From Mobula hypostoma (lineage: Eukaryota), in contig NC_086109.1 in assembly GCF_963921235.1 (NCBI RefSeq), positions 3,722,001 to 3,786,000 of the forward strand: a stretch of DNA of 64,000 nucleotides, read 5' to 3'. Both the position numbers and the translations under genes were made by a program. Shown here in pieces: positions 35,722-49,161 of this stretch. The notes below the pieces were generated by a model, which saw only the letters and a list, made by a program, of their open reading frames with translations, ran no database searches and was not told where the DNA came from. Numbering within the stretch: the stretch's first letter is position 1; every line of letters starts with the position of its first letter.

Positions 35722-37440
35722 GTAAGATTGACTTCTATCAGTTCTCGTTGTCTCAAAATGGTTTATAAATTAAACATGCAGACATATACACCGTTGTCTC
35801 TTGTCAGCTTAGGACATGTAGATCACACAAACCAATTATTCCAGAGCCTCATTTGTCTTGTAAGGAATACCACGGTCTTGTTGGGCTGATTTGTGAGCAG
35901 GCTTTAGTCAATAATTCTCTCGTCAACTTTGTCCTCCGGTAGTTTTAGCTAGTTGGGCTATTGATAAAATAGCAATACGCTAACCTCATTCCATCTGTAA
36001 ACAGAGCTGTTTAAATGCCTCTTATCACATGCAAAACCCACCCACATTTGTTCATCAGTTCCGAGACTCAGCATGTCTGGGCTGTTGACGTGCTGTGAGT
36101 GACGGCAGCCTTGACTCCTCACTACCCAGGTGGGACCCATTGTAATGTGGATCCCTTACTGAAAGCAGGTGCCAGTTGGCAGAACTCGGTCGTCCTGCCC
36201 TTTGCTGCTGGAATTTGCCTTCAGTGAGGGCACACTGTGTGTGCAAGGCATCCCCTTCCATCATCAGCACATCAGAGCCAGAGAACAAATGGGTGCAGCA
36301 GTCCAGATGAAAGGTCTAGACTGGAAGCGTCCATTCTACCCTCTCCCCCAGATGATGCTGCCTGACCCCCGAGCTCCTCCAGTGTCTGTTGTCTTGTCCC
36401 AGATTCCAGCATCTGTATTCTTCTTTGTCCCCTCATTATTTCATACACCTCAACTAACCCACACTCACCCCCAACCTTCTCCAAAGAACCCCAGCCTCTC
36501 CAGTCTTTCTCCCCATCATTATACGTTTCCATTCCCAACATTGTTCTCCTCAGTAACCCCTCCAGTGCCATCCCTCTCCAATGATGCTCGAACTGTGGTG
36601 TTCTGCAGTGTTTCAGCAAAATATCTCCGTGCTTACACCTCTGTCTCGGCTAATGAAAGACAGTGCTCCATTTGCCTTTGTATCCCCTTGCTGACCTGTC
36701 CTGCTCTGTGGAGGATCTGTGGACCCAGTCTCCAAAGTCTCTCTGTGTGTTCCTTTGCCCCAAATACATCACCTCACAATTATCCTCTTTCCTGCATGCC
36801 TCCCAAAGAAATGGCCAGGGTTGGAACAGGCAGTATGTGATGCTTGTGTCTGAGGGTGACTGCAGCAGTCTCCAGCCTTCTGTATCATGGATTATGGGTT
36901 TGACGTTGACTGCTCCCAGGCTCCCTGGAGTCATCACTTTTCCAACCGTTCTTCTGCCCCCTCCCCCGCCACCCCATCACCTCAAGGTCTGACGACGCCT
37001 CAAATGACAGAAACTGAGGGCAGGCAGCCTGTGTAATGAAATTCAAAGATTGAAAGAACTTTTATTATCAACATATGTATGCAGTGTAGAACCCTGAGAT
37101 TTGCCTTCCCGCGGCCAGCCACAAAACAAAGACACACCATGGAACCATTTCAAAGAAAACTTCGAACACCTAACACATAAAAAAAAGGAACAAATCGTGC
37201 AAGCAACAAAAAATGAGTGAATAACACACAGAATATTAAACATCAAGCCACGCAGTCCTTGAAACAGTCTAAGAATGTTCAGTTTAGTTTAGTTCAGTTC
37301 AATTCAGGTTTTCAAAAGCAAGCTTTGAACTTTGTTGATAAACTGAGGGAGCGTGCACCGCCCAATGGCCAGACTCTGTATCACCGGTGACTTCCTGTAG
37401 GCAAGAGATCCACATATTTCCTGTTGTCCTTTTGTTCCAG

Positions 37441-37555
37441 GTGCCTGTCGTGTGTGACCAGTGCCTTCCACTGCCATTGGTGTAAATACCGAAACCTTTG
37501 CACGCACGATCCCAGTATCTGCTCATTCCAGGAGGGACGGGTCAACTCCTCGGAG
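37441..37555 (+). CDS. plxna2: Plexin-A2-like internal exon (PSI2), 115 nt
   Basis: tttgttccag| acceptor, GAG|gtaag donor; [38 protein letters not shown]; the [10 protein letters not shown] motif favours A2 over the other class A plexins. Confidence 0.95.
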
Positions 37556-38627
37556 GTAAGACTCGATGGGCTGAATGGCCTAATTCTGTTCCTACGTCCT
37601 ATGGTGAGGCCAGTGTGCTGACTCTGCAAAGCCTTCACTCGGCAGCCGTCATCAGTTAGTCTATTGAACCTCTGAGAAATCATGGTAAGCAATACCATTA
37701 CCAGGAAGTTGCCAAGCCTGGGTGAAAAGGGAAGGTTGAATAGGATAGGGCTTTACTCCCTGGAGTGCAGGAGAATGAGGTGATTTGACAGAGCTACACA
37801 AGATTAAGAGGGGTATAGACAAACAAGTTCTTTTTCCCCACCAAGTTTGGGTGAGACTAGAACTAGAGGTCATAGGTTAAGGTTGAAAGGTGAATTATTT
37901 AAGGGGAACCTGAGGCGAAACCTCTTCACTCATAAGGTGTTGTGACTGTGGTATGAGCTGCCAGCACAAGTGGTGGATGGAACATTAAGGAGGGTTCGAT
38001 AAGTACATGGATGGGAAGAGTATAGAGAGCCATGGTCCAGTGTGGGTGGAAACAATAGCTTGGTGTGTTCTAGATGGGCTGAAGGGCCTGATTCTGTAAT
38101 GCAGTACTCTATGACTCCATGACACCTTTGAGATCTCCTGTCAACCTCTCCTCTTGCCCAGATGGTGGGCATCAGGTAATGGATTCAGACCAGCACTATC
38201 TCTCTCCTCAGTGTTCTCTGTTTCTTCTTCAGCTGAACCTTTCCAACCTCTTCCTAGTCTGGCCCAGCACTGCTCATTGGAACTGAGCTCAGGTACACTT
38301 GTGAAGGACTGAGGAAGACTATACCTGCTCCTCCCACAGGCACTGCCTGGGTATTCAGAGTTTCGTTTCTTTCTGCCATGCAGGTCCAGAGATGTATATT
38401 GATGTTCCCTCACTATCAAATACTGAGGTTTTCTCTCATCCCCTCCTGAGGGGTGCTGGCTGAAGGCCAGTGTCTCTGTGGTATGACTCTGTGACTCCAC
38501 AATGACGTGTTTGATAGAGACTTACAGTGTGATGGGTCAAGGGAACACATGTTCAATGCTGGACACTCAAACTTTTCAGCTGACCAGCAGATACAACAGT
38601 GATCTAAGAGAGCCATGTGAAGATATA

Positions 38628-38679
38628 CAATACTGTGCAAAGACTACATATTTATAGCTAAGACTTTTTCACAGTACTG
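38628..38679. mobile_element. ~50-bp Tc1-like palindromic MITE
   Basis: TA-caatactgtgcaaa..ttttcacagtactg-TA. Confidence 0.7.
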
Positions 38680-39859
38680 TAGAAATTTTATGTATTGCAC
38701 TGTACTGCTGCTGCAAAAAAAATCTCAGCCCGAAATGTCGACTGTTCATTTCCATGGTAGCTGCCTGATCTGCTGAGTCCTGCCCGCGGTTAGTGTGCGT
38801 TGCTCTGGATTTCCAGCATCTGCAGGATCTCCCGTGTTGTATGTCTTTGATGGTGGGTAGGCAGAATCTCTCGTGTTTTTCTGTATTGTCTGTCTTTGAT
38901 GGTGGGCAGGCAAGTGATGCGTGTTGTACGTCTTTGACAGCGGGTAGGCAGGTGATGCGTTGGGCAGTTTTAACTACCCATTGGAGAGACTTCCTGTCTG
39001 CCACAGTGCAGTTTTCCATACCAAGCAGCTGATGTGAAAGAGGGTCACCAACCTGGCCCACATCAGGCACCGGTAAATGTTGTAGGGCAGAGGTTGACGG
39101 ACTCCCTGCTTAATGCTATTGGTCCATGGGAACCCCTGTTGTGGGAGCTCTTAATGAGAGGATGGGGCTTCATTGGGGACGGGAGAAGAAACCAGAGCAT
39201 TAGACAGTTGTAATTCTCTACACTGCAGCCGTGGAATACCCGGAGTGCTGGGAATTGTGCAGTTACGGGCTTTTCTGAGCATTTTATTAAACCCTTACCC
39301 TCAATCAGCTCTGACGTTTGCCAAATGGCAGAAGCTTTACTGAGCATGTAGGAGTTGTAAATGTGGGTGAGGAATAATTAAGCAGCAAGGACAAGTGGTG
39401 GCACATATGCCAATGTAAACAAAACCAAACCATTGTAGAATTAGTTGGCTTTGTCAGAAGCATTTCAGTGATGTTAATTTATGGAAATTTATGCTAACAT
39501 TGGATTCTGCTTTTGTCAAAGATAATGATTACTACCAGCCTTCCGTCAGTGCACAAAAACATGCGCTTTTCCTTCTGGAATTCTGAATCATCACATCCAA
39601 CAAATATTTATTTGTCAAACCTTGAAGAATTGCCTAAATCCACATACTGCTTGATTGCCTAAATCCCCACACTGTTTTGTTATTTGTAAAGTATCTTCTG
39701 CGCTGATAGGTGTGTGACCCTTAAAGAGGTTGTTTGATAATCTTGCTCCTGCTCTGGTGCTGATGGTGACCTCAGACAACTGGAATACTCGGAGAGGTTT
39801 GTCTAACTATTTGTCTGTCTATGGGTCTGTCTGTCTGTCTATCTGATTGTCTGTCTGTC

Positions 39860-40120
39860 TATCGAAACACAGCATGGAGTAGGCCATTCTGGCCCTGCAA
39901 GCCGTGCTATCCAGCAACCTCCCGAATTTAATCCGAGTATAATCATGAGACAATTTACAATGACCAATTAACCTACCAACTGGTACGTCTTTCGACTGTG
40001 TGAGGAAACCCACGCGGTCACAGGGAGAACGTACAAACTCCTTACAGGCAGCGACAGGAATTGAACCTGGTCGCCTGTACTGTAAAGTGTTGTACTAACC
40101 ACCATGCTACCACACTGCCC
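39860..40120 (-). mobile_element. tRNA-derived V-SINE
   Basis: Reverse complement of the SINE at 40388-40660. Confidence 0.8.
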
Positions 40121-40387
40121 TTCCATCTGACTTGATCTTCACTGCCCTCCCCAACTCTACAAAGCAATGAATCTTGTCCTTTCCCCTTTCTCCGTGATCA
40201 GTATGGGCAGGCAGGCTGACACCATAAGAGTGTGGTGCCATGAAGGGCAGCCATTATTATTCTGGGAAAAGCCATTGTAAAATGGAGAGGCTACTGCCTG
40301 TCAGGGTACAAAGAACATAGAACTGTATATAAACTGTACATAGAACAAAGAACATAGAACATAGAGCAAGAGTCAGAATTCCTATTA

Positions 40388-40660
40388 GGACAGCATGGTA
40401 GTATAGTGGTTAGCACAACGCTCTGCAGTATCAGCGACCCAGGTTCAATTCCCGCCACTGCCTGTAAGGAGTCTGTACGTTCTCCCCGTGACCGCGTGGG
40501 TTTCCTCCTTTCGTCAAAAGATGTACTGGTTGGTAGGTTAATTGGTCATCGTAAATTGTCTCATGATTAGGCTAGGGTTAAACTGGGGGGTGCTGGGCAG
40601 CTGGGCTCGAAGGACTGGAAGGGCCTGCCTACTCCATGCTGTATCTCAATAAATAAATAA
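40388..40660 (+). mobile_element. tRNA-derived V-SINE (HE1-like), near full length
   Basis: A box tggtagtatagtggtta, B box ggttcaattcc, V domain, (aata)n tail. Confidence 0.85.
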
Positions 40661-40876
40661 AGAATCAGAATCAGGTTTAATAGAGTGGTGAATCGGTAGA
40701 ATTCAGTAGGTATATTTAAGGCAGAGATTGATCGGTTCTTGATTGGTCAGGGCATGAAGGGATTTGGGGAGAAGGCAGGAGGTTGAGGCCGAGAGAGAAA
40801 GTGGATCAGTCATGATAAAATGGTACAGTAGACTCAATGGGCCAAATGGCCTTATTCTGCTCCTATATCTTAGGTC

Positions 40877-41200
40877 ATGTGGGCACGTGGCCAAGTGGTT
40901 AAGGCATTGGACTAGCGACCTGAAGGTCGTGAGTTCGAGCCCCAGCCGAGGCAGCGTGTTGTGTCCTTGAGCAAGGCACTTAACCACACATTGCTCTGCG
41001 ACGACACTGGTGCCAAGCTGTATGGGTCCTAATGCCCTTCCCTTGGACAACATTGGTGTTGTGGAGAGGGGAGACTTGCAGCATGGGCAACTGCTGGTCT
41101 TCCGTACAACCTTGTCCAGGCCTGCGCCCTGGAGAGTGAAGACTTTCCAGGCACAGATCCATGGTCTCACATGACTAACGGATGCCTTTAATTTAATTTA
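40877..41200 (+). mobile_element. tRNA-derived SINE with CORE/Meta-like motif, second copy
   Basis: Close reverse complement of 23184-23470; (tttaa)n tail; imperfect TSD atcttaggtc/atctaaggtc. Confidence 0.88.
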
Positions 41201-41567
41201 ATCTAAGGTCTTATGGCCTAGTATCACTGACTAATATGAAATTCGTTGTTTTACAACAACAGTGCAGTAAAATACATAAAGAATATAAATGACAATAAGA
41301 AATATATATACCTAAATAAGTAGTGCAAAAAGAGAGTAAAAATAGTGAGATAGTGTTCATGGGTTTATTGTCTGTCCAGAAATCTGATGGCCAAGGGGAA
41401 GGAGCTGTTTCTCGGCCCTTCCAGCCATGCTGCCTTTTCCAACAGTGATGTCAACTTAAGTTAATCACTTCTGCCTGTACATGATCCATATCCCTCCATT
41501 CCCAGACATGTTGAAAAAAATAAAATTAAACAATAGTCAAAAACCCCAAGAAAATAGAAATCTCTGT

Positions 41568-43957
41568 ATGAATGGGAACTCCCTACATTGACATTTCTAT
41601 GTGCATACGCCAGACCAAGTGATCCAGCGGGTGGTAAAAGGATAAACCCTCGGCCCACTGGAAATCATCAAAATCGTTAGCCACAGCATCGAAGGCTTCA
41701 GCCACAGTAAAGCAGAAATCCTGGCAAACTTAAAACTGGACATCTTGTACATACAAGAAACTCATTGGCTGAACAACCAACCCTATGTGCCAGGAATGCA
41801 CTTGGCTATTGACACCCTAAGCCAAACTTATGGAAGTGCAATATTTGTTTAAGAGAAATCTATAGTAATGAGCACAGCAAACATCCAAGCTGGCTCAATG
41901 GAACTTCTGAAAGTTGAAACAAAACACATAAATATCATCTCGGTCTACAAACCCCCTAATAAACCATTCATGTGGCCACCTAACCAAGATCTCCAGGACA
42001 AAATGTACCTCATTATTAGTGACTTTAATAGCCATAGCACCAACTGGGGATATGAAGATGATGATGCAAATGGAGAAGAAGTTGTATCATGGGCTCTAAA
42101 CAACAGCCTTGAGCTACTATACGAGTCAAAGGGCACCCCCATCTTCACAAGTGCCAGATGGAGAAAAGGATACAACCCAGACCTTGCCTTTGTTACCTCG
42201 GCAAGCTCCAACCTCTTCACACGAACAGTCCTCTAACATATACCCAAATCCCAACGCCGTCCAGTCCAGGTAGAATCCCTTCCAGTTCTGAGACCTGTAC
42301 CATCAAAGTACCTACCAAGATTTAACCTGAGAAAAGCGCATTGGACATCTTTCACAGAATCCCTTGATCAATTTATCGATACCATACCACCAGAACCTGA
42401 TCACTATGATGAATTTGTCCGACTAATCTGGAAAGTAGCACAGCAGAACATACCTAGAGGCTGCACAACCAAATATATTCAGGGATTGACTAGTGATATC
42501 AAGCAAAGTTATGATGAGTATATCAACTTATACAAGCAAGCCCTGTTTGGTCAACGCACAATTGAAATAGGAGAGTCAGTTCTGTCCCTGCTGAGCCAAG
42601 ACAGACAACAGCATTGGCAGGAACTGATAGAAAACACAGACATGACCAAGAACAATAAGAAGGCATGGGCAAATGTTCAGAAACTCAACTCAGACAATAG
42701 CCCACCACAGACAATTGCTGTCGTAACACCCAGTCAGGTTGCCCACCAACTGATACTTAATGGTTGACCAAATAACAAGGAATGGAGGCAAAAGAAAAAG
42801 CAACATCAGGAGATGGATTCAGCTCTCTCAAATGGGAATAACAACTTCCCACCTCTCACCCTAGAAGAATTAAAGGATGAAGTATCACAGCTAAAATCCA
42901 ACAAAGCTGCTGGCATAGATGAGATTCTTAATGAATTCCTTAAACATCTTGGACCTAAAGCACTCCACTGGCTTCTATCCCTTTTTAACTGTTGCCTGAG
43001 ATCATTAAAGATACCTAAAAAGTGGAGAAAAGCCAAAGTTGTTGCTCTCCTAAAACCCAGTAAAGACCCCAGCATTTCTAAAAACTACAGACCGATTTCC
43101 TTGCTCTGCACCCTCTGTAAACTCTACGAGAGATCCATACTGAAAAGAATATCCCCCTTAGTCAAAAATCTTCTAACACCAGACATAGTCGGGTTCAGAC
43201 CAGGTCGCTCTTACTGCGGTCAAGTCTTGAACTTAATCCAGTATATTGAGGATGGCTTTGAAATGCGACAAATTACAGGAGCAGTATTCATTGATTTAAC
43301 AGCAGCATACGATACTGTGAATCACAGAGGCCTTCTACTGAAATTATCTAAAATGTTAAAGAACGAAACCACCGTCAAAGTAATAAGAAGCCTCCTAGAA
43401 AATCGCAGATTTTATGTAGAAATGAATGGAATTAAGAGTAGGTGGTGTCCACAAAAGAACGGACTACCACAGGGATCAGTCCTGGCACCTCTACTATTTA
43501 ATGTCTACACAAACGACCAACCAACCTTTCCTAACACACGCAGGTTTGTCTATGCAGACGACCTATGCATAGCAACACAAGCTAACTCCTTCCAAGAAGC
43601 TGAAGTATGACTTACAGCAGCCCTCGAAGCAATGAAGATGTATTATGAAGAATGGTCTCTGAACCCAAATCCATCAAAAACTCAAGAGTGTGCATTCCAC
43701 CTGAGGAATCGAGAAGCAGCTCGGAAACTCAAGATCTTCTGGTGTGGGAAGGAGCTCGAACACCATCCGACTCCAATTTACCTGGGCATGACACTGGATA
43801 GGACACTCTCATTTGCCACCCACATCCAAACACTCTGAGAGAAAGTTGGCTCTCGCCATTCTCTCTTGAAAAAATTAGCAGGCACGAAATGGGGAGCTAA
43901 TGCTCGCACACTTAGATCAACTGCCCTAGCACTCTGCTATGCACCTGCAGAATACTA
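41568..43957 (+). mobile_element. Vingi/Ingi-like non-LTR retrotransposon (APE + RT), 3'-truncated
   Basis: One frame: IVSHSIEG..LYIQETH..SVYKPP..SDFNSH..YNPDLAF..RFNLRKAHW..IPRGC..NYRPISLL..FIDLTAAYDTVNH..GLPQGSVLAPLLFNVY..YADD..WGANARTLRSTALALCYAPAEY; only in-frame stops. Clade assignment is from recalled motifs. Confidence 0.85.
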
Positions 43958-44304
43958 GGAAGAGGTACAGTCGATGTTTTAGGCCGGGACCCTTCGCCAG
44001 TAATCCGAACGTGGTCTGACCAAGAGTTCATAGAGCTGCAAAATGACTTCCTCCCTTGCTGATGCTGTAGGTCACTCTTGCTACCCAGTACGGCCTTTAC
44101 CCATCCAGCTGCTGAGAATCAAATGCAGCAGGGCTTCCTAGCTGACCAAACTCACCAAGCGATCTGTGCCAGGGGTGAGGGAGGGTGGTGGAAGGGTCTG
44201 TGTGGGCACTTGAGGAGTCAGCACCATCTTAGAGGGCAGACTGGCATTTTGAAGGACAGATAGAGAAAGAGAGACTGAGATTCTTATCAGCCTATCAGCC
44301 AGTC

Positions 44305-44815
44305 AAACATAAAAACAAGGAGCAGAATTAGGCCATTCGGCCCAACAAGTCTTATCCGCTGATTTATTATCCCTCTCAACCCATTCTCCTGCCTTCTCCC
44401 TGTAACCTTTAATCAAGAGCCAATCAACCTCTCCCTTAAATATACCCAATGACTTGGCCTGTACAGCCATCTGTGGCAAGAATTCCATAGGTTCAGCACC
44501 CTCTAACTGAAGAATTTTTTCCTTATCTCTGTTCAAAATGGATATTCCTCAAATAAGAGGCTGTGCCCTCTGGTCCAAGACTCCCCCACTCTAGGAAACA
44601 TCTTCTCCACATCCGCTCTATCTAGGTCTTTGAATATTCGATAGATTTAGATGAGACCACCCCCCCCCCGCACCACCATTCTTCTAAACTCCAGCAAGTA
44701 CAAGCGCCAAGCTATCAAACACTCCTCATACAATTTCAATCTTGGGATCATGCTGATCAACCATTCTCTAGAGCCTCTCCAATTTCAGCAATTTCTTAGA
44801 TAAGGGGCCCAAAAC
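44305..44815 (-). mobile_element. CR1 3' fragment
   Basis: ggagcagaattaggccattcggccc..ctgaggctgtgccctctggtcc-type reverse-complement CR1 end. Confidence 0.75.
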
Positions 44816-45269
44816 TAGCAGGTCGAGAGCTGCATCTTTCAGTAACTGCGCACCAAACACTAGCCCTTTGGAGAATTAACCACGTTTCACTGGGAAATTG
44901 TTAATCTCTCTGTAATTGGTTGCTGAATGCAGAAATCCACCCTATTATTTCATCAGCTGAGCAATTCTATTATTGCAGCTTTGAAGGCTACACAAACACA
45001 CGGCAGGCTTTAATTACGTCCTCGTGACCTCTCATCACAAACTGAATACCAGCTGAAGTATCCTGGTTCAAGCTGAGGTTGACGTTCATCATTACCAGAC
45101 ACTGTTGATGATGTTTTAACTCGTTGTTTTGAACATGGACCCATTCCCTGAACGATGCCCTGAAGGAGGAGATCTTGTAGAGGAACAATAAACGCGGAGC
45201 CGGTTTTCCTGATATTTCTCTAACGCAGACATTTCAAGCCCCGTGTTAGGAAAATGGTCACTTAAATAG

Positions 45270-45750
45270 GGCAGAGAAAATTTACAAGGATGTTGCTGGG
45301 ACTGAAGGACAAGAGCTATAAGGAAAGATTGAATAGGTTCAGACTTTATCCCCTGGAACGTAGAAGATTGAGGGGAGATTTGCTGGAGGTATACAAAATT
45401 ATGAGGGGTATCTATGTGGTAAGTGCAAGCAGGAATTTCCCACTGAGGTTGGGTGGGACTACAGCTAGAGATCATGGGTTAAGGGTGAAAGGGGAAAAGT
45501 TTAAGGGGAACATAAGGGAAAACTTCTTCACTCAGAGGGCAGTGAGAGTGTGCACGAGTTTCCAGCACAAGAGATGCATGTGAGTTCGATTTCAACATTT
45601 AAGAGAAGTTTGGATAGGTACATGGATGGTAGGGTTATGGATGGCTCTAGTCCATGTGTAGACTGATGGGAGTAGATGGAGTAATAGCTCAGCACAGACT
45701 AGATGGGATGAAGGGCCTGTTTCTGTGCTGAACTTTTCTATGACTATCAC
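45270..45750 (+). mobile_element. CR1 3' fragment
   Basis: SYKERLNRFRLYPLERRRLRGDLLEVYKIMRG..NFFTQRAVRV. Confidence 0.8.
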
Positions 45751-46931
45751 ATAGAATATAGAACATAGGACATAGAGGAGTACAGTACTGGACTGACCAT
45801 TTGGCCCCCGGTGTTGTGCTGGTCTTGATGCCGATTTATACTAATAGTTCTCCTGTGTATCATCCATATCCCTCCATTCCTTTCATATTGAGGTGTCTAT
45901 CTACAAATCTCGTCATCGAACTGCCTGCTTCCATTAATCCCCTGTGTTAGCCATTCCAGGTACCAACTATTCTCTGTGTAAAAAAAAAACTCTCAGATCA
46001 CTTTCAAACTTCTCCCTACTTAACCACAATTATTATTACCACTTCGTTGTCCAAACCTTCCTCCTAACTGCAAGGCTGCTCAGAAGCTGGTGCTCATCCG
46101 GAGCTTCACAGTGTGTCCCACAGTGCTGCTCAGAAGCTCTGACCCTTCCAGCTGGTTTCAGCCCTGTTGCCAAGTTCCCCTGGTTAATCAACAGCAGGAC
46201 TGGGATTTCTAAGGCAATGGTGGAGGAGGGAATCTTCATCCAGTGTGCATGAACAGAGACCATTCCGACCATGGGCCCAAGCTCTGCACAATAAAGCACC
46301 ATTCATTCACAACAAGCATGGAAAATTCTGGAAACAAGCATCTGTGGAAAGAGAAACTAGTAAACATCTTAGTTCAAGGACCCTTGTCAGGCCTGTTACT
46401 CTCTCCTCAGACACTGACTGACCTGTTAAAGTGTTTCCAGCATTTTGCTTTTATTTCAGATTTCAGTCATCCACACAAAGTTCCACCAAACATCCTGCCT
46501 CCCTCTCCCTCCCACACCGCTCCCATCCCCTGGCACTGACTTTTCCAAATCAGTGGAAGTTGGTGAGGTTTGTGAATGGGAGTTGTCCATTTCTGCGTTA
46601 AGCTATTCTCCGCATACCAGGACTGCTTTCCTTTCCTCCTGCCTCCTCAACCAACCACTCTCTTCCCTCTCCTCATGATGTCGGTGATTCCTTCAGGATT
46701 TTTCCTGTGTGAATCACAGGGTCTTCCTGATGTTGTACACAGTGTCCCAATCTCACCCCTGTAAGCTGCAAGGCACATCCTTTCATTGTCTCATGGTTCA
46801 TGAGGGATATAAACTGGGTGAATACACACACTCTCTGTCCCAGGGCTGGAGAATCAAGAACAAGGGGGAATAGGGTTAATACAAGAGGAGAGAGATTTAA
46901 TAGGAAGCTAAGGGGCATCTTTTTCACCCAT

Positions 46932-47454
46932 CTATAGCTGGGGTGCCTAAGTCTTTTGCACAGTACTGTAGTAATTTTATCTATTGCATTGTACTGCTGC
47001 CACAGAAAAAGACAAAATTCATGACACGTGAGTGATGATAAACCTGATCCTCTTAGGGGTCTCTATTGTGGACTGAGAGTGGGAAGGGGGCAGGGAGAGG
47101 GGAATCATGGTTGGGAAAAGGGGAAGGGAGCAGGAAGCAGGAAGCACCAGAGAGACACTCTGTAATGATCAATAAACCAATTGTTTGGAATTAAGTGACA
47201 TTCCTGGTGTCTCAGGGCTGAGCGTGTCTGCATCCAAGCCAACACTCACCCCCCTCCCTGCCCCAGCACTCCTCCTCTGCCACCTTGTCCACACCCTTCC
47301 AGCGGCACTCCACCCTCACCATTCCCAGCATCCTTTGCTCCTGCCAGATTTACAAACTCGCTCTCCACTCCACATTGACAAATACAATACTGTGCAAAAG
47401 TCTTAGGCATCCTAGCTGTAGATATGTGCCCAAGGTGACTTTTACGCAGTACTG
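46932..47454 (-). mobile_element. Composite element bounded by Tc1-like mini-MITEs, copy 1
   Basis: Half MITE at 46932-46968 and full MITE at 47385-47454; interior is the reverse complement of 49947-50346. Confidence 0.75.
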
Positions 47455-47590
47455 TGTGTATAGGACCAAGTTTTTCAGCCAGAGGGTGGTCAGTATATGG
47501 AACAAGCTGCCAGAGGAGTTGGCTGAGGCAGGGACATTTGCAACATTTAAAAAGGACTTGGATAGGTACATGGATAGAAAAGGTTTGGAG

Positions 47591-47641
47591 CAAGGGTTCA
47601 TTACCTTCTTTATGCCATGGACCCCAAGTTTGGAACCCCTG
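47591..47641. mobile_element. Tiny hAT-like MITE
   Basis: caagggttc..ggaacccctg with imperfect 8-bp TSD gtttggag/gtttagtg. Confidence 0.65.
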
Positions 47642-49161
47642 GTTTAGTGGCAGATGGGACAGTGAGGACCCTGGTCAGCATGAACTGTTTGGGTAGAAGA
47701 GCCTGTTTCTGTGCTGAGTGACTGTATCATCATCTATGCCTCCGTGGCTGTTCCAAGTGGGTAGATTGAAGTCAGAGGAGTCTGAACCAGCCAGTAGTCC
47801 CCTGGGCAGTGCTGAGGGTCAGCGGGCGAGAAGAGTTCCTCCGCTGATCACAACCTAAACCTCTTCTACAAGATCATGGGGAAGGCTGTGTGCTGACACA
47901 GTAACTACAAGGATTGGTGCAGACGAGTCAGCCCCTGGAGAGTGTGCCATTCACAGGGTTCAGCACAGACCTTTTAGAAAGTCTGTCGGAATCCGAGTCC
48001 TTAATATCAGCTGCAGGGGAAACAAAATGGAATAAAATTGGTTTTCACTTTGGGTATATTGTGGGTGGAAATTTCATTGAAATGTACATAACATTTACCA
48101 GATGTGGACAAAATTGTTTCCATTTACACAGCAGGCCCCTGGAGATTTTAATCTTCTGACAATGAAACAGTTTATGAGGGCTAAGAGCAGGAGTTGCTGA
48201 TTGGGCCTTCCGGGTTGTCCCTCCAGTCAGACTGACCTATCTCAGCCCCACATTCCTGCACCGTCTCCAACAGCTGTCCACTTCTATTCTGAACGAACTA
48301 AGTGGCCGTGTCCATTGCCCTCCACACTTGAGAATACCAGAGGTTCACTGTTCTCGGAGGAGTAGATGTCTCCTCACCTTACTCCCTGGTTCTAAACTCC
48401 CCAGTGGAAGAACCACTGACCTGCCGAATCCAGTAATCATTATTAGTCTCAGTTTGATGCCCCTTGCTGAATCTGCTCAATCCCGTTATTATTTTTGAGG
48501 TGCTCTGTTAGTACACAATCAACATTCGAGAGACGTTTGGGTAGGTACATGCATGGGAAGGATATGGAGGGCTATGGTCCGGGTGCTGGTTGATGGGACT
48601 AGGCAGTATAATAGTTCGGCATGGGCTAGATGGGCCAAAGGGCCTGTTTCTTTGCTATAGTGTTCTATGACTCTGTCTGAAGTCCCTTCACTGTTGACCT
48701 CAGCACCCTGTGTAAATATGTAGATTTAGACACAAGACCATAAAATATACTGTACAGGGGTTCCCAACCCAGGGTCCACAGACCCCTCGGTTAATGGTAG
48801 GGGTCCATGGCGTAACAAATGTTGGGATCTCTCGTATAGCAGCATCATTCATTCAGCCCCTTTAATTATGGCTGTTTTCTCTTAATCCCGCTTTCCCTCC
48901 TTCTCCCCGTAAACCAATCAATAATCTGTTGATCTCTGCCTGAAATACGCTCAATGACTTGCCCTCCACAGCACTTTGCAGCAACAAAGTCCAAAGATTC
49001 ACCACGCTCTGGCTGAAGAAAGTCCTCTTCATCTCAGTTCTAAAGGGACGTCCCTCCGTTCTGAGGCTGTGCTTTCAGATGCTAGACTCTCACACTGTTA
49101 GAGACATTCTTTTCATGCCCACTTGAAATTTATCACCCTTGCCCCTGCACAGAAGGGTGGT

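Noticed and set aside
36169..36840. 223-aa ORF
   Set aside because: Composed of Penelope-tail and antisense CR1 fragments; no recognisable protein.
40885..40950. Possible tRNA gene
   Set aside because: A and B boxes run into a SINE body and tail with a TSD and a second dispersed copy; no proper acceptor stem.
41620..41660. Possible 2A-like (NPGP) peptide at the LINE N-terminus
   Set aside because: The nearest reading is INPRP in a different frame, without the D(V/I)E motif; the LINE frame reads TLGP.
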